A stretch of DNA of 64,000 nucleotides from the NCBI GenBank assembly GCA_964016885.1, contig OZ024741.1, positions 76,260,001-76,324,000 on the forward strand, given 5' to 3'. This DNA is from Eledone cirrhosa (lineage: Eukaryota). This document shows positions 29,501 to 42,314 of this stretch, in pieces. Both the position numbers and the translations under genes were made by a program. The number at the start of each line of letters is the position of its first letter. Within the stretch, counting starts at the first letter, position 1. Under the pieces are notes generated by a model, which did not search any database, had not been told where the DNA came from, and worked only from the letters and a program-made list of their open reading frames with translations.

Positions 29501-31014
29501 GACGAATGGCTTGTGAGGGCTATACAAGCCATGTATAAAGAAACAGTCAGCAAGGTTAGAATTAACAACGAATATAGTGAAGAGTTTAGCGTAAAAGTTG
29601 GCGTCCATCAGGGCTCTGTTCTCAGCCCCCTACTATTTATTATTGCCCTTCAGGCTATAACAGAGGAGTTCAAGACAGGCTGCCCATGGGAACTCCTATA
29701 CGCAGACGACCTGACACTCATAGCGGAATCAATGGCCGAGCTAGAGAAGAAATTCCAAACATGGAAGCACGGCCTAGAGTCAAAAGGACTTAAAATTAAC
29801 CTGGCTAAGACCAAAGTTCTAGTTTGTAGGAAAGAAAACAAGGCGGCGGTCCCTTCTGGGAAATGGTCGTGCTCGGTGTGTAGGAAAGGCGTAGGTAGAA
29901 ACTCCATTTTGTGTCCTAAATGCAAAGTATGGGTGCATAAAAGATGTAGTGGGATCACAGGTAAGCTAACTAAGAACATAGATTTTACATGTGGCCGGTG
30001 TTCTGGTGCAATAAGTAGCAGCAAGTGCCCACAAAATACTAGCTCTTTCAATTGCGCAGAGGGTTCTATAGAAATAGTGGACAGCTTCCGTTACCTGGGC
30101 GATAAAATCAGCAGTGGGGGAGGGTGCTCTGAAAGTACTGTAGCTAGAGTCAGAACTGGTTGGAAAAAGTTCAGAGAGCTTATACCACTATTAGCTGCTA
30201 AAGGGTTCTCCCTAAAAATGAAAGGCAGGTTGTACGATGCCTGCATACGAACAGCAATGTTGCATGGCAGTGAGACCTGGGCATTGTGTGCAGAGGATAT
30301 ACGCAGACTAGAGAGGAACGAAGCTTGCATGCTCCGCTGGATGTGTAACAGTAATATACGTGAACGGCAAAGCATAAACGAACTAAGGAAAAAATTAGAG
30401 ATAAGAGGGATCAGATGTTGTTTACTCGAGAGAAGGCTACGTTGGTATGGACACGTGATGCGCATGAAAGTCGATAGCTGTATAACAAAGTGCAGGGCAA
30501 TAAAGATAGACGGTAGCCACGGAATAGGCAGACCTAGAAAAACCTGGGACGAGCTGATAAACTCCGACCTCACACACTTACACCTCTCCAAGACAATGTC
30601 ACTGGACCGAGACCTTTGGCGGTACTCAGTAACAGAGAAGACCCGCCTTGCCAGTAGGCATCTCTAACAAAATACACCCCGTCCCACTATCACCACCCCC
30701 ACCCCATCCACACCACCCCGTCCTATGTAAAGTTATGTTGGTGCCGCGCCATCCGGGCCGAAACAAATGAGATCGTGTAGGTGTCACGACAAAAAAACAC
30801 ACAGTCCACGCTGTAATGTGGCCGTGTAGGCAACACGGTAAAAACCTCCCAGACCCACACTGTAAATGTGGTTGGTGTTAGGAAGGGCATCCAACTGTAG
30901 AAAACCTGCCAGACAGTCCTATGCGAGCAAGACAATCACTCTTGCCTCAAGTGGGACTACCCCCGTCCAAACCCATGCAAGCGTGGAACACGGACGTTAA
31001 ACGTTGATGATGAT
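26543..31014 (+). mobile_element. RTE family A, copy 3; apparently full length (about 1-kb 5' leader, ORF, 3' UTR, (GAT)n tail), flanked by (TA)n
   Basis: Complete APE-RT ORF; 3' end ggacgttaaacgttgatgatgat. Confidence 0.93.
27413..30667 (+). CDS. RTE ORF: APE endonuclease plus RT with internal PHD finger (true start may be ATG 27554)
   Basis: TINVGTL, QETRW, GDLNGH, DYIL, SQH; YADD; C4HC3 motif at 29870-30001; no stops. Confidence 0.93.
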   Translation: MDGWTDCGILESGRERKIWTLRAKMPMLKSNSPRGRECEHSSLFRPRMANITPSPPAPHHPHPPNAIQNFRVGTINVGTLKGRANEVVEMLERKEVDVCCIQETRWRGGSARFIEGKKRCYKLFWVGNDDGLGGVGIMVAEKWADKIIDVNRVNDRIIKIRLVLNRTTVTVISAYAPQSGLPGTIKDRFYETLMLTTSQISDSDYIIIAGDLNGHVGQHCDGYDEIHGGYGFGTRNEEGSRILEFCDANNLTICNTNFKKRDNHLITYRSGEHTSQVDYILTRRRDRVSVVNTKSLPHEECTSQHRLIISDLIVRSRRTRQQKRTILRRKIWKLKDPTAKNKFQNILLDAFDSKEEHLESDNIEGQWEFLKANLLLATDEVCGWSRPVGRRRVTWWWNSKVEESIKAKKQAWKVWRDGGSRVDYQVARREARREVYLARREAEERKFKHVLQRDDQKREVFRIARQCVKENRDIVGEKCVLNDDGILAITDTDKKAAWKCHYERLLNEENKWEKDSLPHVDPIEGPAVLVEGSIISKAIKDMKTGKAAGPSEIVAEMLKASGTVGHTMVTRIVNQVVQNGVVPKDWHSSIIVNCYKGKGDALDRSNYRGIKLIDQVMKVTEKVIAQLIRERIDLDEMQFGFVSGKSTTDALFIVRQLQEKYLAKGKPLYLAFVDLEKAFDRVPRSIIWWALRKLGVDEWLVRAIQAMYKETVSKVRINNEYSEEFSVKVGVHQGSVLSPLLFIIALQAITEEFKTGCPWELLYADDLTLIAESMAELEKKFQTWKHGLESKGLKINLAKTKVLVCRKENKAAVPSGKWSCSVCRKGVGRNSILCPKCKVWVHKRCSGITGKLTKNIDFTCGRCSGAISSSKCPQNTSSFNCAEGSIEIVDSFRYLGDKISSGGGCSESTVARVRTGWKKFRELIPLLAAKGFSLKMKGRLYDACIRTAMLHGSETWALCAEDIRRLERNEACMLRWMCNSNIRERQSINELRKKLEIRGIRCCLLERRLRWYGHVMRMKVDSCITKCRAIKIDGSHGIGRPRKTWDELINSDLTHLHLSKTMSLDRDLWRYSVTEKTRLASRHL

Positions 31015-31081
31015 ATAATATATAATATATATATATATTATATATAATATATAATATATATATAATATATATATATAATAT

Positions 31082-31138
<57 letters not shown>

Positions 31139-31230
31139 TATATAACATATATATATAATATATATATATTATATATAATATATATATATAATATATATAT
31201 ATAATATATATATATATAACATATATATAT

Positions 31231-31283
<53 letters not shown>

Positions 31284-31294
31284 ATATATATATA

Positions 31295-31991
31295 TAATAT
31301 ACGTGAACGGCAAAGCATAAACGAACTAAGGAAAAAACTAGAGATAAGAGGGATCAGATGTTGTTTACTCGAGAGAAGGCTACGTTGGTATGGACACGTG
31401 ATGCGCATGAAAGTCGATAGCTGTATAACAAAGTGCAGGGCAATAAAGATAGACGGTAGTCACGGAATAGGCAGACCTAGAAAAACCTGGGACGAGCTGA
31501 TAAACTCCGACATCACACACTTACACCTCTCCAAGACAATGTCACTGGACCGAGACCTTTGGCGGTACTCAGTAACAGAGAAGACCCGCCTTACCTAAAT
31601 ATATAGTAAAACCTACTCCAGCCAGTAGGCATCTCTAACAAAATACACCCCGTCCCACCACCCCACCCCCACCCCATCCACACCACCCCGTTCTATGTAA
31701 AGTTATGTTGGTGCCGCGCCATCCAGGCCGAAACAAATGAGATCGTGTAGGTGTCACGACAAAAAAACACACACTCCACGCTGTAATGTGGCCGTGTAGG
31801 CAACACGGTAAAAACCTCCCAGACCCACACTGTAAATGTGGTTGGTGTTAGGAAGGGCATCCAACTGTAGAAAACCTGCCAGCCAGTCCTATGCGAGCAA
31901 GACAATCACTCTTGCCTCAAGTGGGACAGCCCCGTCCAAACCCATGCAAGCGTGGAACACGGACGTTAAACGTTGATGATGATGATGATGA
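31295..31991 (+). mobile_element. RTE family A, copy 4; 3'-terminal 0.7 kb
   Basis: Matches 30352-31014 plus a 28-nt segment shared with copy 1. Confidence 0.95.
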
Positions 31992-32113
31992 CTATATATA
32001 TATAATATATATATATATAATTTATATATATAATATATATATATAATATAATATATATATAATATATATATAATATATATATATAATATATATATATAAT
32101 ATATATATATAAT

Positions 32114-32145
<32 letters not shown>

Positions 32146-32259
32146 ATATATATATATAATATATATATATAATATATATATATAATATATATATATAATA
32201 TATATATATAATATATAATATAATATATATATATAATATATATATAATATATATATAAA

Positions 32260-32294
<35 letters not shown>

Positions 32295-32295
32295 A

Positions 32296-32553
32296 TTTCC
32301 TTGAGCAAGACACTTTATTTCACATTGCTCCAGTTTCCTCAGCTGTAGAAATGAGATGATAGGGACTGGGGGGGGGGTCTCTATCATTCCACTGCAAGGT
32401 GGTCGTGGAGGTGCCACGGCAAAAAAGCACCCAGCCCACACTGTAAATGAGATTGGTGTTAGGAAGGGCATCCAGCTGTAGAAATCAAGCCAGAATCTGT
32501 TCCCGCCCCACTCTTTCAAGCAGGGAAAAGCGGACGTAAAATGAAATGATGAT
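32296..32553 (+). mobile_element. 5'-truncated CORE-like SINE with RTE family B-derived 3' tail
   Basis: ccttgagcaagacactt..ccagtttcctcagctgtagaaatg resembles the CORE domain; 32394-32494 matches the reverse complement of the RTE-B 3' UTR; (GAT)n end. Confidence 0.8.
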
Positions 32554-32899
32554 ATATATTATATATATATATATATATATTATATATATTATATATATAT
32601 GAGAAAGAGTGTGATGTTTATCTTTGCCCCAGTTTTTATTCTCTCCAATAAGTAACTACCCCTCATCCCCTTATTTTGTTTCACTCTCATATTTCATACC
32701 CACATCCCCACTTCTCTATTTAGCTGTCATGAGGTTGAGGTGTGGTGTTAGTGGTATTGATGTTATGGTGGTAGTGTTCATGTGGTGCTGATGGTGTTTT
32801 GTTATTCCCAGGTGGACCAAACCTGACATTCTATACATATTTTATATGGTAATGTTCTATTTATCATTTGTTCAAATTTACTTACAACTGTATGTTTAT

Positions 32900-33480
32900 C
32901 CGCTATTTATCAAGTAACATTACTGCTGGCTTACATATCTACATACTTGTATATATGTCAGTGCATATTGCCATACATCTACATACCTGTATGTATGTAT
33001 TTAGTCAGCTGTCTACTGACCTTTATGTATTTAGTCAATAGAGTCATCTATCTATAAATTGTATATATGTCTGTGTATATAGCCATCTATCAACATACTG
33101 TGTGTGTGTTTGTGTATAACCATCTATCTGCAAACCTGTATGTATGCATGTAGCCACCTATTTATATATCTCTATAACCATCTATCTTCAAACCTGTATG
33201 TATGTGTACATAGCCATCTATATACATAACTGTACGTATGTGTGTATATATTTCCGTGTATCTGCATCTCTCTATCAATATAGCCACCTATTTACATACC
33301 TATATTTATATCTGTGTATATAACTATCTATCTTCATAACTATATGTATGCCAGTGAATATAGTCATCTATCTATATTCCTGTATGTTTGTGTATATCTG
33401 TGTCTTTCAGTTATAAGACTGTATGTCTATGTATATAGTCATTTATCTACACACCTGTATGTGCCTGTGTATATGGCCAT
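32900..33480. repeat. Degenerate minisatellite (atctacatacctgtatgtatg..tagcc, about 35 bp)
   Basis: Recurrent motif seen by eye. Confidence 0.6.
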
Positions 33481-33496
33481 CAATCATAAATATCTT

Positions 33497-33800
33497 AGTG
33501 GCTTAGTAGTTAGTGTTGGATTCACAATCATGAGGTTGTGAGTTCAGTTCCTAGACTGGGCAGTGCATTGTCTGCTTGAGGAAGACAGTTTGTTTCAGCT
33601 AGAACATATGAGTTGCAACGTCACTGGTGCCAAGCTGTATCCGCCTTTGCCTTTCCCTTTGGTGTGGTGAGGGGAGACTGGTATGCTTGGGTGACTGCTG
33701 GTCTTCCACAAAAACATTTGTCCCCGGCTTGTGCCATTAGAGGGGAACCTTTTAAGTCGAATTTCATGATCAGCCATGACTGAAGAGAGCCTTCTATCCA
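33497..33800 (+). mobile_element. tRNA-derived CORE-like SINE, degenerate; relatives near 38690-38810(-), 44300-44590, 50985-51080(-), 51170-51395, 52205-52540, 53265-53370, 53800-54115(-)
   Basis: A-box-like gtggcttagtag, B-box-like gagttcagttcc, CORE-like cttgaggaagaca, shared body gtcactggtgccaagctgtatc. Confidence 0.7.
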
Positions 33801-34234
33801 TATACTTGTATCATTATAATTTAATGTCTGATTTCCCCTCTAGCAAGGATTGAACGGGTTGTTACAGACCAAGTCAATACATAATCAGAGTTACTGTCTT
33901 CTCAGATGGTCTGGGGACTGCATCTTGCTTACATACATTCCTACATTCCACAGAGTGCATTGGGTGCATTTTATCGTGGCACTAACACTAAGGGGGTTGG
34001 CATCCTTTGTTTGGCAAGTATGTCTATGTAAATAGCCATCTATCTACACACTTCCCTCCTCCCCTCTCCCAAGCTTACATCAATATGGACAATAGGTCTT
34101 GCTTGTAATTTCCAATTCATTTTGTAAATAGTCAAGAATGTAATTTAGAGTTGTGGTTTAGTAAAATAATTAAAATGTTCACAATTAAGCTGGTATTTGG
34201 TACCTAACTTAACAAAGGGTCTTACATAAAATCA

Positions 34235-34418
34235 TAATTGTTTCTACTTTTGGCACAGGCCAGCAATTATTCCAGTACATTACTGGTACTTTATTTTATC
34301 GACCCTGTAAAGATGAAAGGCAAACTGAACCTCGGCGGGATTTGAATTCAGACTATAAAGGGGCATAACTCTAGGCTGCAAAGCATGGCGTCCGACCTTC
34401 TGCTAACCCCCCCCCCCC
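34235..34418 (-). mobile_element. tRNA-derived SINE (Meta-domain-like) inserted in a MITE, 16-bp TSD tacataaaatcataat (34223-34238 / 34419-34434)
   Basis: Reverse complement of the 36390 family; TSD seen. Confidence 0.8.
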
Positions 34419-36387
34419 TACATAAAATCATAATGGAAGGATTTTAGATAAATATAAATAGTGTAGTATCATAGTAATAGGGGGTTTCAGGCAATTTGGT
34501 ATCAAAATATTTAAGCCACCATTAACTATCGGTCCGTGTTAAACTTCTATCATTTAACTCTTCCAATACCATATTTCTAATTAAAAATAAAATTTTCACA
34601 AAATTTCTTAAATAATCCTGGATTTGGAGGGATTTAATTATACTATACAGCTTTCTCATTCTTTATCTGGTGTTTGAAACATAGCTTAACAAAGGTTCTT
34701 ACATAAAATTATGATGGAAGGTTTTTATATAAATATAAACACTTTAAAACATATTAAGACAGATAATCTAGCCAGTCACAGTTAAGCAGGACAATTAATC
34801 TACCCAAATAGCTATTTAAACTGTTACTCAGCTGTCACTCTAGCAGGACAGGTAATCTAGCTAGCCACAGTCTAACAGGACTGGTAACCTAACTAGCCAG
34901 GTAACCTAGACAACCAGCTTACTATTTAACTTTGTCATGACAACATAGCTAATTAAATACACTGTATTTCATTTAATTAATGAATAATTTTGGAGGGTTT
35001 ATTAAAATTATTATTGATTTCAATTACTAATATAACTTAAAAACAGTTAAAATTATGTTGAAAGATTTTGATTTAAATAAGGACTCTTTAAGGTGGGTGA
35101 TTTTATTTCATAGAACCATAAGCAGTTTTGGCCTGGCTAGTATTAACCCATTTGCTACTATATTACCTAGCTGACATCTCGCAGGACATGTATCCCAGCC
35201 ATACTTTATTATTTAAACATTTGTTACTCAGCTGTTGCTCTAGCAGGTCAGGTAACATAGCTCACCAGCTCAACAGCTATTTAAATCCCTGTTACCTAGC
35301 TTCTAATTTAGTAGGATAGGTAACCAAGTCAAACTTCTATTATTATTTTTAAATAACAACCAACTAACCAACTAAATCTCAATGGTGGTACTAACTGTAT
35401 AATATCTATCTCTACACTCCATTAGCTAAACAATGAAGAAGCCTCTATATTGTCACTTACATGCTTGAAATTGCAATGAGGTTACAATTTAAAAATAAGG
35501 AACCATGCTTTCATATTAGATACACGATTTAATATATAAATGGCAAATGGTATCTCCTTTGGAAAGTATAATGCTTGCCTGCAGGCTCGTTGCCAGGGAT
35601 GAGGGATTACATGGCACTGCTGCACCCTCATCATTTCTCAATGATAAACCCTCAAATTTAGAAATTAGTTTGTTTAAAAGTATCCTGAAATAAGTTCCTT
35701 GTCTTAACTTTTCTATTTTTCCTTCTCAAGACAAGAACAAAAATAATTTTTTTTAAATATAAGAAAAAAAAAAAAAAACATAGTTAACTAAAGAAACTGT
35801 TAAAAAAATTTCTAGGGGTATTAGAGTGCCCTCTTAGAATGTTCCTAAGCCCTACCAAAACACTAAAGACTATGAGCAGGTCTATTTGTGGGTCTATCTG
35901 AGCAGCAGAAGAGATGCAGTGTGGTATTTATGTTCTGAGTTCTTGGGTGGTAGACTTCCTCTGTTATTCAGTTTGGCATCATCAGCTGATCCTTGAATGT
36001 CTGGATATCTTTAGCAAAACCTACTCTGTTGTAAGCTCTGGTTTGAAGATAACTTCCTTTGTTATTCCTTCCCACCAATCTCAGATGCCCTGGAAAAAAA
36101 ATAATGGATTACTGCCTTTCCCTATTTGAGTAAAAAGGTATAAAACAAAAACAATGATCCATGTAATTGTGACCACCCTGAAAGGTCTGGTATTCCAAAA
36201 GTCATCGTCTTTACCTCCTCTTATTTATACAGTTATTTATGACTGGTTTCTGTTCTAACCAAATGATCAGTAGTCGATATAGACGTAATATGAAGACCTT
36301 TATGTGTGACCTGGGCATGGGGAGTATTTTATATGTATAAGTAACTTGTGTTATTTTTTAATCTTTTTATTATGCATTATTATATGT

Positions 36388-36580
36388 AGGGTGGTGGATT
36401 GGCAGTATCGGTAGAGGGTCGGACGCCATGCTTTGATGCATAGAGTTACGGCCCTTGCCATTCTGAGTTCAAATCCCGCCGAGGTTAACTTTGCTTTTCA
36501 TCCTTATGGGGTCGATAAAATAAAGTACCAGTAATGCACTGGGATAATTGCTGGCCTTGTGCCAAAAGTAGAAACAATTA
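36388..36580 (+). mobile_element. tRNA-derived SINE (Meta-domain-like)
   Basis: A box TGGCAGTATCGG, B box GAGTTCAAATCCC, central tttcatcctt..gggtcgataaaataaagtaccag, tail gctggccttgtgccaaaagtagaaacaatta. Confidence 0.85.
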
Positions 36581-36702
36581 TATGTATTTCACCTTTTTCT
36601 TTCTATAACTTGTTTACTATTATTTCATATTACAGCCAACACTGTCTCTAAGCTGTGTGAGTGTGTGGCCATGTAGTTGCTCTATTGGTTCCATGCATAT
36701 CA

Positions 36703-36843
36703 AAATGTTGCCACTCAATAGCTTTGAAATGTTGCTACTCAGTAGTTTTGAAATGTTGCTGCTCAGTAGCTTTGAAATGTTGCTACTCAATAGCTTTGAA
36801 ATGTTGCTACTGAGTAGCTTTGAAATGTTGCCACTCAGTAGAT
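36703..36843. repeat. 24-bp minisatellite (tgaaatgttgctactcagtagctt), about 6 copies
   Basis: Direct inspection. Confidence 0.9.
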
Positions 36844-37759
36844 TTTGTAGGCAAAGGTGAATATAAAATGGGACCATGATCATACAAGGCTATGAATACA
36901 GTGTTTCTTTGAATTACTTTAACAACTTTTTTATCATAAGTGATGCATGTTAAAAATAGAGATAAATGCATAATGGATGCCAAGAGAAAATGCATGTGTA
37001 AATATGAGTATAAATATAAATGGTTGTAGCTGCGACTGGTTGTATCTGCAAGTGGCTGTATATATACATAAAAACAATGAAGAAAATATGATCTACTGCT
37101 GATGAAATATAATATAAAAAAGAAACAAAATAGAGAACAGAAATCAAAGAAATAATTAAAAATGCAACCCCTTCCCCACTCACTGTGATTAATTAACTAA
37201 CTTTGACATCAACTAACTTCTCTCTGTTGTGATTATTTCTAAATATAATTTATTGAACTAAGCAATTAAAATACCTTATCTAAATAGCAAGCTAAGTAAA
37301 TGTTCAACCAAGATATCCACACATAGACACACATATACACAACTGGACAGTTACATGGACACGCACATACACACATATGGACATACTCATACACACATGC
37401 ATAGCCACCTCTCTCTCTCATTTATTGATTTGTTGTAATCACCAAGGAGCTATATAGACTTTTATTCCTGAAGACAAACTGTACATGTTTCATTGATCTC
37501 TCTTTGGACTCATTGTTTGTTTGTCTTTTTTATGTTATCCTACATCACAACAGTTAACTCTTTGGTTACTGCATTTCTAATGAAATACATTGTGTATTTC
37601 AATCAATTTTTTTTTAAATAATGCAATATTTGGACGAGTTTAACCTTTGTGATACCAAACTGCCTGTAACTGCAATAAAAAAAAACTGCTTATTTTAGTG
37701 TGTTTATATTTGCATCATAATTTTCTGTAAGAACCTTTATATTTCAAACACCAACTTAA

Positions 37760-38172
37760 TAATTGTTTCTACATTTGGCACAAGGCCAGCAATTATCCCA
37801 GTGTATTACTGATACTTTATTTTATCGACTCCATAAGGATGAAAGGCAAAGTTAACCTCGGCGGGATTTGAACTCAGACCATAAAGGGCCGTAACGCTTT
37901 GCTACAAAGCATGGCGTCAGACCCTCTACCGATACTGCCAATCACCAACTTAATAATGGTTTCTGATTTAGGCACAAGGCTAACAATTTTTAGGGGAGGG
38001 GTAAGTCTATTAAATCGACCCCAGTGCATTACTGGTCTTTTATTTTATCGACCCTGTAAGGATGAAAGGCAAAGCTAACCTTGGCAGGATTTGAACTCAG
38101 AACGTAAAGGGCCATAACTATGCTGCAAAGCATGGTGTCTGATACTCTACCGATACTGCCAATTCACTGCCC
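37760..38172 (-). mobile_element. Two adjacent/nested SINEs of the same family inside a MITE
   Basis: Both carry A/B boxes and tails; caccaacttaataat is duplicated near 37750 and 37944, and tcaaacaccaact recurs at 38173. Confidence 0.8.
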
Positions 38173-41100
38173 TCAAACACCAACTAAATAAGGAGAAATG
38201 TAATTATATTACATCCTTCCAAATTCTAGGTTATTTTCAAAATGAGTTAAAAATCATAGGCAGTGTCTTTCATTAGAAATTGGTAATGAAAAGGATAATA
38301 AAATAACTTTTTATAAGTTTTTATTAGTAAGCAGATATTTGACAAAAATTTCTAAAATATGATTATGATAAAGTGTTTTAATATAAGGATAAATATTTTA
38401 AAACAAGCAGTTTTTTAATCATTAAACCAAAAGGATTAATCATATCTTCACTGATCCTCTCCATTTCTCTGAATATATATTTGAATTTACCAATCCCTTT
38501 GTCAGCCTGCCTATAATTCCTCTACTCATGCAAGTAGTAATATGGAAAGTGGACATAAAATGATGATTATGATGAGACACTTAAGTAATCAGAAAAAAGA
38601 AAGCAGTCAATTGTCTGATTGAATCAATGAAACAATGTTTCCATTTGTCTTTACATTGCTGATGCTATCTGCTGGTCACCACACCTGGCTGAAGGAACAA
38701 TAAAGTATTTTGCTCAAGAACACAACTCGCTGCCCAGTCTAGGAATGAAACTCACAGTTTTATGATCACGAGCCCAACACCCTAACCACTAAACTCCACA
38801 TCTTCACTTACATAATCAATTGAGCAAATACATTGGAGAAAAAGCAAGTGGCACCTAATTTATTGATGGTTAGACAAGTTGAATGGTGGCAAGGGAGAGC
38901 GATGTTCACTGTGTGCACAAGATACATTTAACATTTGCACACTGGTTTTCATTCTCATTAACCAACTGGTTTTGTTTTTAAGAGACACAAACTTTGACTA
39001 AATATAAATGTTTGAATATAGCAGGAGTGAATCTATATGATTAAGAGTAATTATAGCTAAGAAGGCCACCATACACACTTCCCTTGTTTTTCCCGATTAT
39101 TTTCATAGTATGTAATATAGTAAGGTCAGCAGCAGTTTGTTCAGGGTTAAATATAGTGGTGACCTTGAGTGTTGGCAGTGACTGCTCCTAATGTTGTTGT
39201 GTTGGTGCTGGTTTACCTTGGAAGATAATAAAAACAAATCCTTAAAAACTTATTGAGTAATGATGTAGGAAGCCAATAGTTTTGTGTTGGATAAAAAATG
39301 TGTATTACTACTACTACCATCACCAGCACCAACAATTAAGATTAGATGCCTTCTGGTATTTGTTCTGGCTCTTTATACTTTGTATTCAAATACTTCCAAG
39401 GTCAACTTTGCCTTTCATCCTTTTGAAATCAATAAAGTACCAGTCCATGGCAGTGAACTAGTGGAATTGTTAGAGTGCAATATCTCTTTTGGACCTTTGC
39501 ATTCTGAATTGGCTGGCAATATCACTGATACCAAGCTGTATCTGCCCTTCTCTTTCTCTTAGACAACATCAAAAAGGTTCAGTCTCTGATAGACTCTTGC
39601 ACTCTTTACATTTCGCTAATTCCATCTCAACGTTTGCATCCGCCCAACTCTATGGTAAATGACTCGCCTAATATTTAACTCAGTGGCATTGAACCCAGGA
39701 CTTGCATATATGGGAGACCGCTGGTCTTCCATAAAAAAAATCTTGCTCAAACTTTATTTTTAAATAGGAACTTTCCAGGTACAGATCCATAATATCATGG
39801 AAAATATAAAGGCTCGAGATACACTTGCTACTACTGCTGTTTGTCAACTTAGTTTATCATCTTCAGTTACTGCATATACTCAAATATAAACCAACCCCTA
39901 TTTTATGTCTGAGAAATGATCAAAAATCCAAACCCTATTTATAAGTTGAGGCAGCTAATCAACACATTGTTTAGATGGCCTATATAACCCCCCCCCCCTA
40001 TTTACCATTGCATTGATTTTTGTGGGGTTACATATTCCTCTGCTTATATTTGAGTATATACAGAATATGCTATGCAGGAGCCAATGTGAGATCTTCTTTG
40101 TAGTCACCCAGTCTACTAAAAATAGCAGCTAAATCAACGTTAAATCAGAATCTAAAATATATATGTATATATATATAAGATGAAATAGTCATACTTGAAT
40201 GACTTTGATAATAGATCTATTAGATCAGAACTGAACTGATCTGTGGTCAAGTGTCAACAACAACAGTCCCATTAAATCTGTATAAAGATGAAAAGTGCCG
40301 GAAGTCAAGTTGTCAACACTTCATAGAGTTTAAGAAATAATATATGACAGGCTTCTAGGTTTGCCCCTACTAAGTTTCACTCACAAAGCATTCTCCAGTG
40401 GTACTGGGCAATGTCACTAAGCCTGGAACCATGATAGTGTATCATTTCAAAAATTATGACATTTGGGAAGAAATTATAAATGTTTTTCTCACCATTGACA
40501 TGCTTGTATATATGATCAGAGGCCAGCATATGTTCAGATATGTGTGACCAGAAGTCATCTGTTCATAGATATGTGATCTTGACAACTCTAACCTTTGGCA
40601 TTAGTTTGCTAATAAATTTGATCCTTATCATTGAAGAAATTGATAATTTGCTCATTTCTGTTAGCTCATGTTTACACACGCACTTAATCACAAGCTAATA
40701 GATTAATAGATTCTCTGTTGCTTGGTATAAGACACTTGCCTAAGATTTCACACAGTTTGACTGAATTCCGGTTACTGTTATTGTGAAGGAAACTTCTTAA
40801 CAATATAACCATGTCTAAATCGAAAGCTGATGAATAAACATCTAGCAAATCTATTATGTTAAATGGAAGACTATATTCCCGATATAACAGTGATGTGAAC
40901 TCGCACTCAGAGATTTAATTTGTGGCATAATTTAGTTAATTATTCTCAACCAATCAAGTGGCATACTTGTTCATTGACAGCAGCAGCTAGTATAATAACA
41001 GAAGCTGTTATATTCCTGTAGACTCAGTTGTATATATATGAATACATACTCACTTTACCTACCTAGTAAAGTTTGGATGGGTCTTTACAAACAATGTCAG

Positions 41101-41506
41101 TACTTAATAAGAGTCACTGATCTCTCAGATGGGTTGGAGGCAACATCTTGCTTACATATGTTCCTGTACTCTACAGAGTGCAGTGTGCATTTTATTGTAG
41201 CACCAGCTGTAGGGAAGTCATCATATCTTTGTCACAACTGAAGAGTCCTCTCTATCATCATCATTTTACATCTGCTGGCATGGGTTGGTTGGAACATTAT
41301 GATTTCAGTCATTGTTGATTCAAAGTTACTTCCTTATATGAGTTGTGGGGTCACATCTTACTCATACATTACATTTTTGGGTGCCCTTCCTAACACAAGC
41401 TACTTTATAGTGTGTAATGTGTGTATTTCATTGTAGTCTCAGCACGATAAAAGTTTCATGTTCTCAACAAGTTAAAAGAACATTCTGGGATTGTAATAAA
41501 ATAACA

Positions 41507-41697
41507 GGGCGGTGGATTGGCAGTATCAGTAGATGGTCGGACACCATGCTTTGCAGTAAAGAGTTATGGCCCTTTATGATCTGAGTTCAAATCCCGCTGA
41601 GGTTAACTTTGCCTTTCATCCTTACGAGGTCGATAAAATAAAGTACCAGTAATGTACTGGGTATTTGCTGGCCTTGTGCCAAAAGTAGAAACAATTA
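41507..41697 (+). mobile_element. tRNA-derived SINE (same family as 36388)
   Basis: Same head, centre and tail. Confidence 0.85.
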
Positions 41698-42314
41698 TTT
41701 TATGTCATTCTGCATATCCTCTTTTGGTTGGATACATATTTTCCACACACTCACACCTGTTCCTTTACACGCAAGTGTACAATGACATTTAGATAATAAT
41801 ACAGGCACACACACATACCCACACCCATAAACACAAAGGTTGGAATAAATGCTCTTAGATAGACAAAACTCCTCATGTATACATTCAAACACATACACAT
41901 GAAAACAAAGGTTAAATAAAACGATCGTATGTACACGCACACTTAAAATCAGCATAGATATGCACACACACACATACACCAATAAACAGATATGTATAGT
42001 AACATACCTTATCTGAGTAGAATTACAGTAAATTATGCAATAATTAAAACTGAATACAAACAGTTTTAATGGAACAGGACATAGATTTTGTTATTGCTAT
42101 TGCAAGCATTTGTCATTATGGTTACAGTAGCACTAGCTGTTGAAATTGTGTATGATATCTTGAGTATGTGGCTTTACCATAGCTTTGGACCAACTGTGAG
42201 TAAACTGTTTAGAAGCTTGTTGGATGGATAACCTGTAATTCAAAGGTCTAGCCATCTCATATATTGTGTCATGCTAATTTTGAAAATAATAAAAAATTTG
42301 GAGGGATTTAATAA

